Below are positions 45,444 through 54,435 of a DNA stretch of 55,061 nucleotides, piece after piece. The notes below the pieces were generated by a model, which saw only the letters and a program-made list of their open reading frames with translations, was not told the DNA's origin and ran no database searches. A program made the translations under genes and the position numbers. The DNA comes from a virus (lineage: Duplodnaviria; Caudoviricetes), in the IMG/VR virus record IMGVR_UViG_3300021420_000042, positions 1 through 55,061 of that record; one strand, written 5' to 3'. Each line of letters opens with the position of its first letter. Position 1 is the first letter of the stretch.

Positions 45444-45691
45444 CCGCATCAGCAAACCTCATCACCGCCCCATTCTGGGGCGCGCCGAAATTCCAGCCCG
45501 ACATGGCGGACGTGGCGCGGCTCCTTGGCGTGATTCGCGAACTGACGGACGATCAGGGCGACACCCGCACCTTGCAGATCGCAACGTCGGCCGCGTTCGC
45601 CATCTGCGGCTTTATCGAAAACCGTTTTGGTCCGCGTGAGGTGTTGGCGTTGCTTGATGGTTTGCGTGATCAGATCAAGGCGCTGCAATGA
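45440..45691 (+). CDS. Hypothetical protein
   Basis: ATGA-coupled ORF. Confidence 0.6.
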   Translation: MTASANLITAPFWGAPKFQPDMADVARLLGVIRELTDDQGDTRTLQIATSAAFAICGFIENRFGPREVLALLDGLRDQIKALQ

Positions 45692-46173
45692 CTACTATCA
45701 TGGGAATCGATCCTGGCTTGTCCGGCGCACTGTCCTATCTGGATCGCGGCGTTCTCAAGTTGTTTGATATGCCGACCACTGGCGCCGGCAAGAAACGTGC
45801 GGTCAATGCTGATGCCGTTGCCGAAATCATCGAGAACATCGGTGCTGCGCCGGATGACAATGATCGGCCGGATGCGGCGTTCCTGGAACACGTTCATGCG
45901 ATCCATGGCGTCGATGCTGGTTCGACATTCCGGTTCGGTGAATCGTTTGGCGTGATCCGCGGAATCGTCGCTGCGCTACGCATTCCGATCTTTCTGATCC
46001 CGCCGAAGCTTTGGAAAAAGGCGCTGGGTCTGCCGGCCGACAAGGAAGCGGCGCGCGGCCTGGCCATCGATCTGTTCCCGAAATTTGCGGCGCTGTTCGC
46101 CCGCAAGCTCGATCATAACCGTGCCGAAGCGGCGCTGCTCGCCTGGTACGGCAACAGGATGCTTGGACGATGA
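45688..46173 (+). CDS. RuvC-like Holliday junction resolvase
   Basis: GIDPGLSGA, LE, FRFG..FG, P..WKK, D.N.AEA.L. Confidence 0.88.
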   Translation: MTTIMGIDPGLSGALSYLDRGVLKLFDMPTTGAGKKRAVNADAVAEIIENIGAAPDDNDRPDAAFLEHVHAIHGVDAGSTFRFGESFGVIRGIVAALRIPIFLIPPKLWKKALGLPADKEAARGLAIDLFPKFAALFARKLDHNRAEAALLAWYGNRMLGR

Positions 46174-46841
46174 AACAACAATCAACCGCATTGGCTGTGA
46201 TCGATCTGACGCCAGACATCAAAGAGGTTAACGCGTCGTTTGATTCCTCTCAGACCCAATCCAAGATGGCGAAAGATCGTTTGCAGACGACATGCTGTCA
46301 ATTGGCCGCGTTGCGCAAGAAGGCGGATGCAAACCACGTCAAGTGGAACACTTTGTTCGGTGATGGTCCTGACAAAATTAAATTCAGCGAACGATATGCG
46401 CGCACGCTTTTAGGGGTCGGCAAGGATGGCAAAACTGTCGGCGATCTTCGGTTCGATGTTACTGAACGTGTCAAAAAACACAGGACCAAGAAAAAAGCGG
46501 CGTTACAGCCGCCTTGTAACGCCGCTTCCGATGATGCCGCGCAAACCGCCGCTGAGACCGAACTTGGCATTAAGGACAAGCCACAGGGTTTGCCAGCATG
46601 TGATTACGATTGGTCCCAGCCCAAGGCATCGGACTTTGGTGATCCGACCGAAATGTATCGGGCACAGGCCGAGCATTATCGCGACGAAAGCATTCATTTT
46701 GCTGCCGCGTATCCCCTGCTCGCACCCGGCGTGAACGTGAAGGTTATCACAAAATCTGAAATTCAAGCTGCGCAGTGTGTGGTGGATGCGTGGCTCGACG
46801 TTGTGCGCAAACTCACCACTCTCGGAGGTTCCTCGAAATGA
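46170..46841 (+). CDS. Hypothetical protein
   Basis: ATGA-coupled 223-aa ORF; ERVKKHR basic motif. Confidence 0.65.
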   Translation: MKQQSTALAVIDLTPDIKEVNASFDSSQTQSKMAKDRLQTTCCQLAALRKKADANHVKWNTLFGDGPDKIKFSERYARTLLGVGKDGKTVGDLRFDVTERVKKHRTKKKAALQPPCNAASDDAAQTAAETELGIKDKPQGLPACDYDWSQPKASDFGDPTEMYRAQAEHYRDESIHFAAAYPLLAPGVNVKVITKSEIQAAQCVVDAWLDVVRKLTTLGGSSK

Positions 46842-47452
46842 AGATCAGTCAGAAACATCTGGAATCGCTACCGACTGTTCGTCTGAAATACCATGACGAC
46901 GACCACTATATAACGGTGCCGTATATCAACGCCACCAATGATGTGGATGTGCCACTGCGGTTGGATCACTTTACGCGTAAGGGACGCGGCATTGGGTGGG
47001 AATGTGGCATCAGCAACGCTGTTTTGGAATCGCGCGATCTGTTCGACCATCCGGTACTTTATGTTCACACCATCGGCAGCGCCACGTACATTCTCGTTAT
47101 GACCAATCCAGGCGGCAGCGCAAAGCTTGCCATGAGATACAGTCATACGATGATTGCGTTGCTTGATGCTTATGACAAGTCGCGCGCCAATCCACACAAA
47201 TGGAAACCTATTTTTGAATCGTTGCTTGCCAAAACGCCAGTTGCTCATCTGCATCCTGGGCGATCTGAGGCTGGTATCCAGCGAGACCACGATCCAAACA
47301 ACAACGGCGGTTCTCATTCTGTGCGCCATCAAAGTTTGAGCGCCAACGCCAGACGCATGGCCAACGCCAAGTTGATTCCGGCAGTATTTGCCGAGCGCCC
47401 CAAGGGCACGCGGCGGTCACACAAACCGGTTCGTGTGTTGGAAGCGGCATGA
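46838..47452 (+). CDS. Hypothetical protein
   Basis: GGAGG RBS, ATGA-coupled. Confidence 0.65.
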   Translation: MKISQKHLESLPTVRLKYHDDDHYITVPYINATNDVDVPLRLDHFTRKGRGIGWECGISNAVLESRDLFDHPVLYVHTIGSATYILVMTNPGGSAKLAMRYSHTMIALLDAYDKSRANPHKWKPIFESLLAKTPVAHLHPGRSEAGIQRDHDPNNNGGSHSVRHQSLSANARRMANAKLIPAVFAERPKGTRRSHKPVRVLEAA

Positions 47453-47700
47453 AAATCATCCGCGATGATTTCGCCGATCGAGCGGTGTTGCTTGACACGG
47501 TATGGAGCGCGCGGCTTGCCGCGCCTCCATCTGATTACAGCTACGCTTGCGGCATGGCCGCTGTCAGGTCGCAACAGTGCCGCTGGGTGATCGGCGCTGA
47601 TCACGGCCTCGATACCTGGTTATGCGGCGCGCCGTCTGAATCTCTCACGATCAGCTACTGTCCCTATCACGCCGGCCTGGTGTTTCAGCGCGATGAATGA
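47449..47700 (+). CDS. GcrA C-terminal domain-like protein
   Basis: CRWVIG....LCGAP....SYCPYHA. Confidence 0.75.
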   Translation: MKIIRDDFADRAVLLDTVWSARLAAPPSDYSYACGMAAVRSQQCRWVIGADHGLDTWLCGAPSESLTISYCPYHAGLVFQRDE

Positions 47701-49306
47701 AGCGGAGCTATTCCACGGCGGCCGTGTCACGCTATGGCGTGGCGATTGTCTGGCAGAGATGGCTGGACTCGCCGCGGATTCCATCGACGCTTGCGTGACC
47801 GATCCGCCGTATCACCTGACCAGCATCGTCAAGCGGTTCGGTGCGGAGAATGCGGCGCCATGTCGGCCCTTCAAGTCGAACCTCGTTCGTGACCCTGACA
47901 CCTTGCAGCCGATCACCGGTAAGCAAAGCCAAAGCCAATATGGTCGCTTGTCTACCGGCTTCATGGGTAAACAATGGGATGGCGGCGACATCGCGTTTCG
48001 TTCCGAGGTCTGGCGCGAGGTCTACCGCGTTCTCAAACCCGGCGCGCACTTGCTCGCGTTCGGTGGCACGCGGACCTCTCACCGCATGATCTGCGCCATC
48101 GAAGATGCCGGGTTTGAAATCCGCGACTGCATCCAATGGCTTTATGGTTCTGGATTCCCGAAATCGCATGACGTGAGCAAAGGGATTGATCGAAATCACC
48201 ATGCCGACAAAATTGGGTGGTTCGGCAAATGGCTACGACAGGAACGAGCGACGCGCGGCATCAGTCAAAAAGAACTTGCTGAGCGTGGCGGATTTTTTGA
48301 CAAGATCAATCATGGCGGTTTAGTCGCAAATTGGGAATTGGGGTATGGTATTCCAACCGCCGAAGATTTCAATAAGGTCTGCAAGATTCTGGCGGTCGAT
48401 TTTCCGCCGATTGAGGAATTTAAGCGAGAGGTTGTTGGCCGCCGCAAGGTCAATGCTGGCGTAGCTTTCACATCTGATGGGCCAACCGAACTTGACATTA
48501 CGGTGCCGTCGAGCGACGCCGCCCGTCAATGGGAAGGCTGGGGCACCGCACTAAAGCCCGCGTGCGAACCAATCGTCCTGGCCCGCAAGCCGCTCAGTGA
48601 AGGCACTGTTGCCGCCAACGTCCTGAAATGGGGAACGGGGGCACTCAATATCGATGGGTGCAGAGTTGGAATTGATGAAGCGGAGCGTGATGTAATCGAC
48701 CATCGCAGCGGCGCAGGAGAATCAACGGAAGGATGGGGCCATATTGGCAATCGCGCCGAAGGTCAGCGATATAAGTCGAACACATCAGGCCGTTGGCCCG
48801 CCAACGTCATCACCGATGGCAGCGATGAAGTAGTTGGGGCGTTTCCGCAGACAACAAGCGGGACGTTCAATGGCCATCGCAATAAGCCAAAGACCAGAGA
48901 GGTGTTTGGTAAATTTCAATTACATGATGAGCGCGGTCATCATGGCGATAGTGGTTCTGCATCGCGATTTTTTTATACCGCGAAAGCCGACGCCGATGAC
49001 CGGCTTGGCTCGAAGCATCCGACCGTGAAGCCGCTCGATCTGATCCAGTATCTGATCCGGCTGGTCACGCCGCCGCATGGAACGGTGCTGGACCCGTTCG
49101 CCGGCACCGGCACCACGGGTGAGGCAGCATTGCGCGAAGGCATGGGCGCCGTCCTGATCGAGCGTGAAGCCGAATACCAAGCCGATATCGTGCGCCGCAT
49201 GGGATTGGTCGGCGCCAGCAAAGCCGAGCGCAAGCGCGTCGCGCTGGCGATCAAAGCGGCCAAGGACGTTCAAGCTGTCGGGCCGTTATTCGGGGCTGCC
49301 GCATGA
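47693..49306 (+). CDS. Amino (N6-A/N4-C) DNA methyltransferase, beta class, with inserted XRE HTH
   Basis: TDPPY, YGSGFPKS, GWGTALKP, HPTVKP, LDPFAGTGTTG; internal WLRQER..GISQKELA..NWELG..P. Confidence 0.92.
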   Translation: MNEAELFHGGRVTLWRGDCLAEMAGLAADSIDACVTDPPYHLTSIVKRFGAENAAPCRPFKSNLVRDPDTLQPITGKQSQSQYGRLSTGFMGKQWDGGDIAFRSEVWREVYRVLKPGAHLLAFGGTRTSHRMICAIEDAGFEIRDCIQWLYGSGFPKSHDVSKGIDRNHHADKIGWFGKWLRQERATRGISQKELAERGGFFDKINHGGLVANWELGYGIPTAEDFNKVCKILAVDFPPIEEFKREVVGRRKVNAGVAFTSDGPTELDITVPSSDAARQWEGWGTALKPACEPIVLARKPLSEGTVAANVLKWGTGALNIDGCRVGIDEAERDVIDHRSGAGESTEGWGHIGNRAEGQRYKSNTSGRWPANVITDGSDEVVGAFPQTTSGTFNGHRNKPKTREVFGKFQLHDERGHHGDSGSASRFFYTAKADADDRLGSKHPTVKPLDLIQYLIRLVTPPHGTVLDPFAGTGTTGEAALREGMGAVLIEREAEYQADIVRRMGLVGASKAERKRVALAIKAAKDVQAVGPLFGAAA

Positions 49307-50262
49307 GCCGCATCCGCACCATCAAGCCGGAGTTCGTGCAGTCCGAATCCACGGGCAACCTGTCGCGCGACGCGCGGCTATTGTTCATCCTGATCTGGAC
49401 CATCGCCGACGATGTCGGGAGGACTCGCGCGGCCTCGCGAATGCTCGCGAGCGTTTTGTATCCCTACGACGACGACGTTCCGGACCTGATCGACGGCTGG
49501 CTCGACGAATTGGAGCAACGCGCGTGCATCCGCCGTTACGACGTTAATGGGGCACGTTATCTTGAAGTGGTCAACTGGTTGAAACATCAGAAGATTGATC
49601 ATCCGTCGCCGTCGCGGCTGCCGGCGTTTTCGGCCGGCCTCGCGAAGGTTCGCGAAGCCTCGCGAAGCCTCGCGCCTGACCTGGACCTTGGACCTGGACC
49701 TGGACCTCAAGACTCTCGGTCGGTCGCTGTCGCGACGCGACCACCCGATGAGATTTTTGAAGCGTTCTGGTCGGCCTACCCAAAACGGGAAGGATCAAAC
49801 CCAAGGAAGCCGGCGCGCACCAAGTTCCTATCGCTGTGCCGTGAGGGTGCCGATCCACTGGCCATCATCGCTGGCGTCAAGCGTTACGCCGAACAGGAAG
49901 CCAAGAACGTCGGCACGCCGTACATCAAGCGCGCCGTGCATTGGTTGAACCAATGGTCGCCGGAGGATGACGCGCCCTCGCCTGCCTTGACTGCGGCCAA
50001 GTCTGCCAAGTTCTTTGTTCACTTGGGCACGCCGGAATGGACGGCATGGGATAAATTTTTCCGCGCCACCAAAGGCGTCGGTCCGCCGCAGACCGACATC
50101 CGTTGGCCGGACCAGGATTCACCGCTGCGCCGCGGCTACATGTTCGACTCGCAATATCCACCAAACCAAAAACAAACGAACGTTCCCTTACCCAACGAAA
50201 GGACAAGTGATGGCGTCATTCAATCAAGTCATGCTGATCGGCAACCTGGGACAGGACCCTGA
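49303..50262 (+). CDS. Phage replication initiator protein
   Basis: RIRTIKPEF..ARLLFI..WT.ADD.GR..W.KHQKI; FEAFWSAYPKR..WLN; internal short repeats. Confidence 0.85.
   Translation: MSRIRTIKPEFVQSESTGNLSRDARLLFILIWTIADDVGRTRAASRMLASVLYPYDDDVPDLIDGWLDELEQRACIRRYDVNGARYLEVVNWLKHQKIDHPSPSRLPAFSAGLAKVREASRSLAPDLDLGPGPGPQDSRSVAVATRPPDEIFEAFWSAYPKREGSNPRKPARTKFLSLCREGADPLAIIAGVKRYAEQEAKNVGTPYIKRAVHWLNQWSPEDDAPSPALTAAKSAKFFVHLGTPEWTAWDKFFRATKGVGPPQTDIRWPDQDSPLRRGYMFDSQYPPNQKQTNVPLPNERTSDGVIQSSHADRQPGTGP
49637..49707 (+). repeat. Iteron-like repeats, putative replication origin
   Basis: Four 10-bp units of GCCTCGCGAA type followed by about five GACCTG units within the initiator linker. Confidence 0.6.
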
Positions 50263-50683
50263 GACCAAGGCGATGCCGGACGGCTCGCGCCTGTGCAACA
50301 TGTCGATCGCGACATCAGAGCATTGGAAGGACAAGACGACGGGCGATAAACGCGAGCGCACCCAGTGGCATCGCATTGTGGTCTGGGACGGCCGCATGAT
50401 CGAGAATCTGATCGAGCCTTATCTACACAAGGGCGACTCGATCATGGTGATTGGACAGCTTGAAACCCGCAAGTGGCAGGATCAATCCGGTGCCGATCGT
50501 TTCATGACTGAGGTCGTGCTGCGGCCATTCACGTCGAAACTGCAGATCATGCGTTCCAAGAGTCGTCACGACGGCAACGGCGCCGATGCCGGTCCGGCCG
50601 GTGATGACATGCCTGATACCACGGCGGCGCGCAAGCCGGCCGCAGCCGCTGGCGCCAAGCTTGACGACGAAATCCCGTTCTGA
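50210..50683 (+). CDS. ssb: Single-stranded DNA-binding protein
   Basis: NQVMLIGNLG.DPE..ATSE.WKDK..T.WH..TRKWQD..DDEIPF. Confidence 0.97.
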   Translation: MASFNQVMLIGNLGQDPETKAMPDGSRLCNMSIATSEHWKDKTTGDKRERTQWHRIVVWDGRMIENLIEPYLHKGDSIMVIGQLETRKWQDQSGADRFMTEVVLRPFTSKLQIMRSKSRHDGNGADAGPAGDDMPDTTAARKPAAAAGAKLDDEIPF

Positions 50684-50698
50684 CCGGAGCAAACAAAC

Positions 50699-51028
50699 AT
50701 GAAAACCCATCCCAGCGTCTTGATGGCGCCAGACGCGTTTACCAATTTTCTCGCCGAAGCTCATGCCGGCTGCAAGTGCCTGTATCACACCGGGCACTTG
50801 AGCAACGATCGCGGCGATCCGCAGGACATCAATACCGGCGCCCGCGATACCGAGCGCTACACAGTCAATCAGGTGGCCACGCTGGCGTTGCAGGCGGCCG
50901 ATGCCGGACTTGTCGCGCTCACGCAGCGTCGCCATGGCGAGGACGATTACGATTACATGGCGACGCGCACCTACAAGCCCTATACGGCGCTGCCGGCGAT
51001 CGAGGAAACTGTACAGATGGCGGCATGA
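50699..51028 (+). CDS. Hypothetical phage protein
   Basis: YH.G.L..DR..GLV.L.QRR..Y.Y.A.R; GGAG RBS. Confidence 0.7.
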   Translation: MKTHPSVLMAPDAFTNFLAEAHAGCKCLYHTGHLSNDRGDPQDINTGARDTERYTVNQVATLALQAADAGLVALTQRRHGEDDYDYMATRTYKPYTALPAIEETVQMAA

Positions 51029-51032
51029 CATC

Positions 51033-51614
51033 ATGGTGGAACCGGTCAAGTATTGGAAAGATGATGACGAACGCCGCGTCGCAGCCGCGTTGGGGCAGGC
51101 GCGCGATGCTTGGTTTGTGCGCGTCAAGAGCCTGCCTGACGGTCATGATCTGGTATTCCGGGTGATACAAAACGTGACGGATATTCATCGCCGCTCCAAA
51201 ATGAAAGGCGGCCCTGCCGGCAACCGATCGTGCTGGCCAGACTACGTCCACACTTGGGACGAACGCGAGGAAATGGCCAAGCAACAACGTATCGCCGAAG
51301 CCGCAGGCGAGGACCCTGATCTGATATTGGGTTTTGTGGTGGCACCTGGTCCGCAAGAGATTGCGATGATGGATTCGGTCAATCTGGTTTTTGAGTCTTG
51401 TTTGATCGGCGATAAACAGCCGCGTGACTGGAAACTTTTGCAGCGTTTCGCCGCTGGATTGACCGCAAAGCAAATCGCCAAGGAACTCCATATTAGTCAC
51501 AGTCGCGCGACTGATCGTAAGACGGTGCAGTGTCTGGCGATATGGCGCCGTGTCGATCGGCTCTTGCCGGCCGTCGCGCCGGCCTCGATCGTGTTGTGCG
51601 ACGAGGCGGCCTGA
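51033..51614 (+). CDS. Putative late transcription regulator (DUF6362-like / C-terminal HTH)
   Basis: WPDYVH..P.P.EI..MD; GLT.KQIAKEL.IS; end of replication operon. Confidence 0.55.
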   Translation: MVEPVKYWKDDDERRVAAALGQARDAWFVRVKSLPDGHDLVFRVIQNVTDIHRRSKMKGGPAGNRSCWPDYVHTWDEREEMAKQQRIAEAAGEDPDLILGFVVAPGPQEIAMMDSVNLVFESCLIGDKQPRDWKLLQRFAAGLTAKQIAKELHISHSRATDRKTVQCLAIWRRVDRLLPAVAPASIVLCDEAA

Positions 51615-52102
51615 TGTCCAGGCATATCGGTTCGCCGTTTCGCAACAACGATATGCTCACGGCGATCAAAGACGAGTCTGTTGTGTTCTGCGCCATCTAC
51701 GGCATCGGCAAGCCGCATGGTCAAGGACCGGTGTGCATCGGTTATGTTGGCCACGACCACGATCGGGCAAGAGGCGAGCATGGCGGCGAGCGTGCCTTGG
51801 CCAATACGCTCAGTGCGTTTGATGGCGAGATCGCATTGGCGATAGCATGGGCTGTTGATTGGAAGCTAGCCAGAAGGGTCGTCAAGCGTTGTTACCAGCT
51901 TTTGAAAAGCGCCGGCAAAACCTCACATGATGGCTGGTACGCGATCAACAGATCGTGGGCCAAACGCGTTATCGCGACGGCCGCGGCGCTGGAACACATA
52001 CCGATCTATTCCAGCGGCGATCTCGATCGGTTGCGTGTCAGCAGGGCCGACTGGCATGAACGCGCGTTGCGCAAAAAGGCCGGCCTTGTGGCACCCCGTT
52101 GA
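51614..52102 (+). CDS. Hypothetical protein
   Basis: TGATG-coupled; weak GIY-YIG/T5orf172-like pattern (IY.IG..IG..GWY). Confidence 0.55.
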   Translation: MSRHIGSPFRNNDMLTAIKDESVVFCAIYGIGKPHGQGPVCIGYVGHDHDRARGEHGGERALANTLSAFDGEIALAIAWAVDWKLARRVVKRCYQLLKSAGKTSHDGWYAINRSWAKRVIATAAALEHIPIYSSGDLDRLRVSRADWHERALRKKAGLVAPR

Positions 52103-52133
52103 CTTAGTCTGCCTGAAAGCGTATAAATAACCG
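52099..52133 (+). promoter_or_regulatory. Promoter with operator-like motif (52120-52133)
   Basis: TTGACT-N17-TATAAA overlapped by CGTATAAATAACCG. Confidence 0.65.
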
Positions 52134-52156
52134 CATAATCACAGGCGTTCCGCACG

Positions 52157-52180
52157 CGGCCCAACGGGCCGTTTTTCTTT
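52157..52180 (+). terminator. Intrinsic terminator
   Basis: CGGCCC-AAC-GGGCCG followed by TTTTTCTTT. Confidence 0.7.
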
Positions 52181-52193
52181 ATGCAGGAAGCAC

Positions 52194-52222
52194 TTGCGTA
52201 AACTGTTTTGGTTTCCTATATA
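52194..52222 (+). promoter_or_regulatory. Sigma70-type promoter of candidate sRNA
   Basis: cTTGCGT-N17-TATATA, fitting the alphaproteobacterial CTTG..-N17-CTATAT pattern. Confidence 0.65.
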
Positions 52223-52227
52223 GAGCG

Positions 52228-52382
52228 CCTTACCTGATGTTGTTTGTCGAGTTGGATGTGAGCCACCCTGTGGGTTTAACCTTTTCCCACACAGGGGAGT
52301 GCCCCCAAACTTCTCTACTCCATCATTCGGGTAAGGGAACCAACTTGAACGGGGCGTCCGTCATGGACTGCCCCGTTTTTTT
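52228..52382 (+). ncRNA. Candidate small RNA of about 155 nt
   Basis: Own promoter; closing stem CCUUACCUGA/UCGGGUAAGG, apical CCUGUGGG/CCCACACAGG; terminator at 52348-52382; no ORF with RBS. Confidence 0.6.
52348..52382 (+). terminator. Intrinsic terminator
   Basis: AACGGGGC-GTCC-GTCAT-GGAC-T-GCCCCGTT followed by a T tract. Confidence 0.8.
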
Positions 52383-52387
52383 GCGCG

Positions 52388-52633
52388 CTATTCGGCCGCG
52401 ATGCGGAACTCTGCCGGAACCGGCCACACCGGGCCGTGCTGGCGCGCCGCGCGGCGATTGGCCAGGACGCGGTCCTGATTGGTGCCAAGCCAATAGCGCC
52501 ACAGCGATAGCTCGTGCCGGGCTTGCGCTTGGACGTGGCGCACGATCCCGTCGCGGGTAGTCCAATAGTCCCAGTCCGGAATATCGAGCGTGCGGGCCAG
52601 CACGTCGCGGCAGACCGCGGCCTGATCGATCAT
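52388..52633 (-). CDS. Hypothetical protein
   Basis: ORF MIDQAAVCR... Confidence 0.5.
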   Translation of the reverse strand: MIDQAAVCRDVLARTLDIPDWDYWTTRDGIVRHVQAQARHELSLWRYWLGTNQDRVLANRRAARQHGPVWPVPAEFRIAAE

Positions 52634-52754
52634 GACAGCGGCCGGCGTGATGGCCAGCAACGGAAGGCCCGCGCCGGCATCACGGTGCCGATCGCGGCCG
52701 TGGCCCAAGCCCGATAGGCGACGCGGTAGCGCCAGCCGGAGCAATTGATCGGGG

Positions 52755-52991
52755 TCATGTGTACGGCTCCAAGTCTGAGAACAAGGCCGAACAGGCCAGC
52801 GCGACATAGAGCGGCGCGCCTTCGCGCTCATAGCCGATCAGCGCGGTGCGCGACATCCCCAATGCCTTGGCGGCATCGCGTTGCGACAGACCCATGTTGC
52901 GGCGCCACTTGCGTATTGCCTTGGCCGGTATCGGTCGCTCCATGGTCCAGCCCTTGCCGCGGCGATTGATCCTTGGCGGTTTCTTGCTCAT
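52755..52991 (-). CDS. XRE-family HTH protein
   Basis: IRKWRRNMGLSQRDAAKALGMSR..YE..P.YVALAC.AL. Confidence 0.8.
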   Translation of the reverse strand: MSKKPPRINRRGKGWTMERPIPAKAIRKWRRNMGLSQRDAAKALGMSRTALIGYEREGAPLYVALACSALFSDLEPYT

Positions 52992-53557
52992 TGTTTGGTT
53001 CCTCGTTGGGGAAGCATGCCGACCAAGCGGCCTTCCCATGCGCCGCCGCTCATTGTTGACCCATCATCGGTATCGAAGATCAGCGGACCAAGTTTGGCCT
53101 TGCCGCGTTGCGGCCGGATGATGTCGCGGTGTGCCATGGTGAGGCCGGTTTGATCCTCTGCAGTGAACACTACGATTTCGACGCGATCCGGATGTTCGCT
53201 AATGCCGGCGCTGAAAATCTTGTCGGCTTCCTCGCGTGTCTGCGGCAGTTTATCTTTTGGCAAGGTCCAGGCTTCGTCCATATGGACGTAAGCCACGGCG
53301 TTGAGGTGCTGCATCAACATACGGGCCAGCTTGGCCAGCAAGTCAGGATCGTCAAGTGGTGGCATCGGCACGACGTAGTGTTCGCCAGTGTCGGCGACGA
53401 TATGGTACATCTTGCTGATCTTCCCGACATTCTTGAAGCGTGTTGCCATCGCGCCGGATGTGCATTCGATCAGCATGCGGACCGTCATTGACTTGCGTTT
53501 GCCAATCCTGACAATCGGGCTAAGCATCAAGGTGCGTAGTTGATCGTCGGTGATCAT
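52988..53557 (-). CDS. Hypothetical phage protein
   Basis: EAW..ISEHPDR.E pattern; ATGA-coupled. Confidence 0.7.
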   Translation of the reverse strand: MITDDQLRTLMLSPIVRIGKRKSMTVRMLIECTSGAMATRFKNVGKISKMYHIVADTGEHYVVPMPPLDDPDLLAKLARMLMQHLNAVAYVHMDEAWTLPKDKLPQTREEADKIFSAGISEHPDRVEIVVFTAEDQTGLTMAHRDIIRPQRGKAKLGPLIFDTDDGSTMSGGAWEGRLVGMLPQRGTKQ

Positions 53558-53775
53558 TGGCGTCGTCTATTGTCTTGGAGAACCGTGTAGGCTGCGCGCC
53601 AGCCATGAAATTTCAGACACAAGCCATCGGCTTCGATTTGGTTGGTCAGGGCTTCCAAAGCGTTCAGCGCCTGACTGAGCCGGTGTTCGGCGACGATCTT
53701 GTCGTTGTGCGGCTTGACGATCGCCACGACATCGTCAAGCGTGAACGGCGGCATCATGGGGTTGTCTCTGGTCAT
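53554..53775 (-). CDS. Hypothetical protein
   Basis: ATGA-coupled ORF. Confidence 0.6.
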   Translation of the reverse strand: MTRDNPMMPPFTLDDVVAIVKPHNDKIVAEHRLSQALNALEALTNQIEADGLCLKFHGWRAAYTVLQDNRRRQ

Positions 53776-53930
53776 TCCTCGACCTCCGTCACCACGATCT
53801 TGTCGCCGTCATCGAAATAAGCGATGCCATCGGCGATATCCAAAACCGCGGTGCGTGTTTCCTCTTGGGTATCGACAACGCGCACGTCAAGCTTGCCGCC
53901 TTTGCCGTACAGTGTGACGCGGTATTTCAT
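53772..53930 (-). CDS. Hypothetical protein (52 aa)
   Basis: GGGAG RBS; MKYRVTLYG... Confidence 0.6.
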   Translation of the reverse strand: MKYRVTLYGKGGKLDVRVVDTQEETRTAVLDIADGIAYFDDGDKIVVTEVEE

Positions 53931-53949
53931 GGTTATTCTCCCTGTTGTG

Positions 53950-54435
53950 TTACGCCGCCTGTCGTGTTGGCTCGCGCAAGCCTTGTCGTTCAAGCGCCAA
54001 TTTAAGCGCGTATGGCTGTTGCGCGTGTTTGGATTCCATAGCTTCCTCGTATAGTTCTTGCCAGACATGTGGCCAGCGTAGGCGCCGCTCGCTGGCCGCG
54101 CAATTGAGCAGCGCGTTGCGTTGCTGGCGTCGTACCGCTTCGTGGATGTCGGCGCCGTCAGGATATGGCGTGCCAGAGGCGCAATTGCATTTGGGGTTGA
54201 TGGGAGGCAGGCCGGATTTCATGGCGCTGCGTTGCATGGCCAGGATGGATTTTTCGACCGCGTCGCCGTAGGCGTGAACGTGGGTCTTGTCCCAAGATTT
54301 GAGGCCGCCGCTGCGGCGTGCGTTGCGCCGGAATTTCTCGACCGCGACGCCCAGCGACACCGGATAAAGCGGGCCGAATGGGGCGAGTATTTCAGGTGCT
54401 TGAATTTCCTTTTGCTGAAACATTTTCAACTCCAT
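53950..54435 (-). CDS. Hypothetical protein
   Basis: 161-aa ORF. Confidence 0.55.
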   Translation of the reverse strand: MELKMFQQKEIQAPEILAPFGPLYPVSLGVAVEKFRRNARRSGGLKSWDKTHVHAYGDAVEKSILAMQRSAMKSGLPPINPKCNCASGTPYPDGADIHEAVRRQQRNALLNCAASERRLRWPHVWQELYEEAMESKHAQQPYALKLALERQGLREPTRQAA

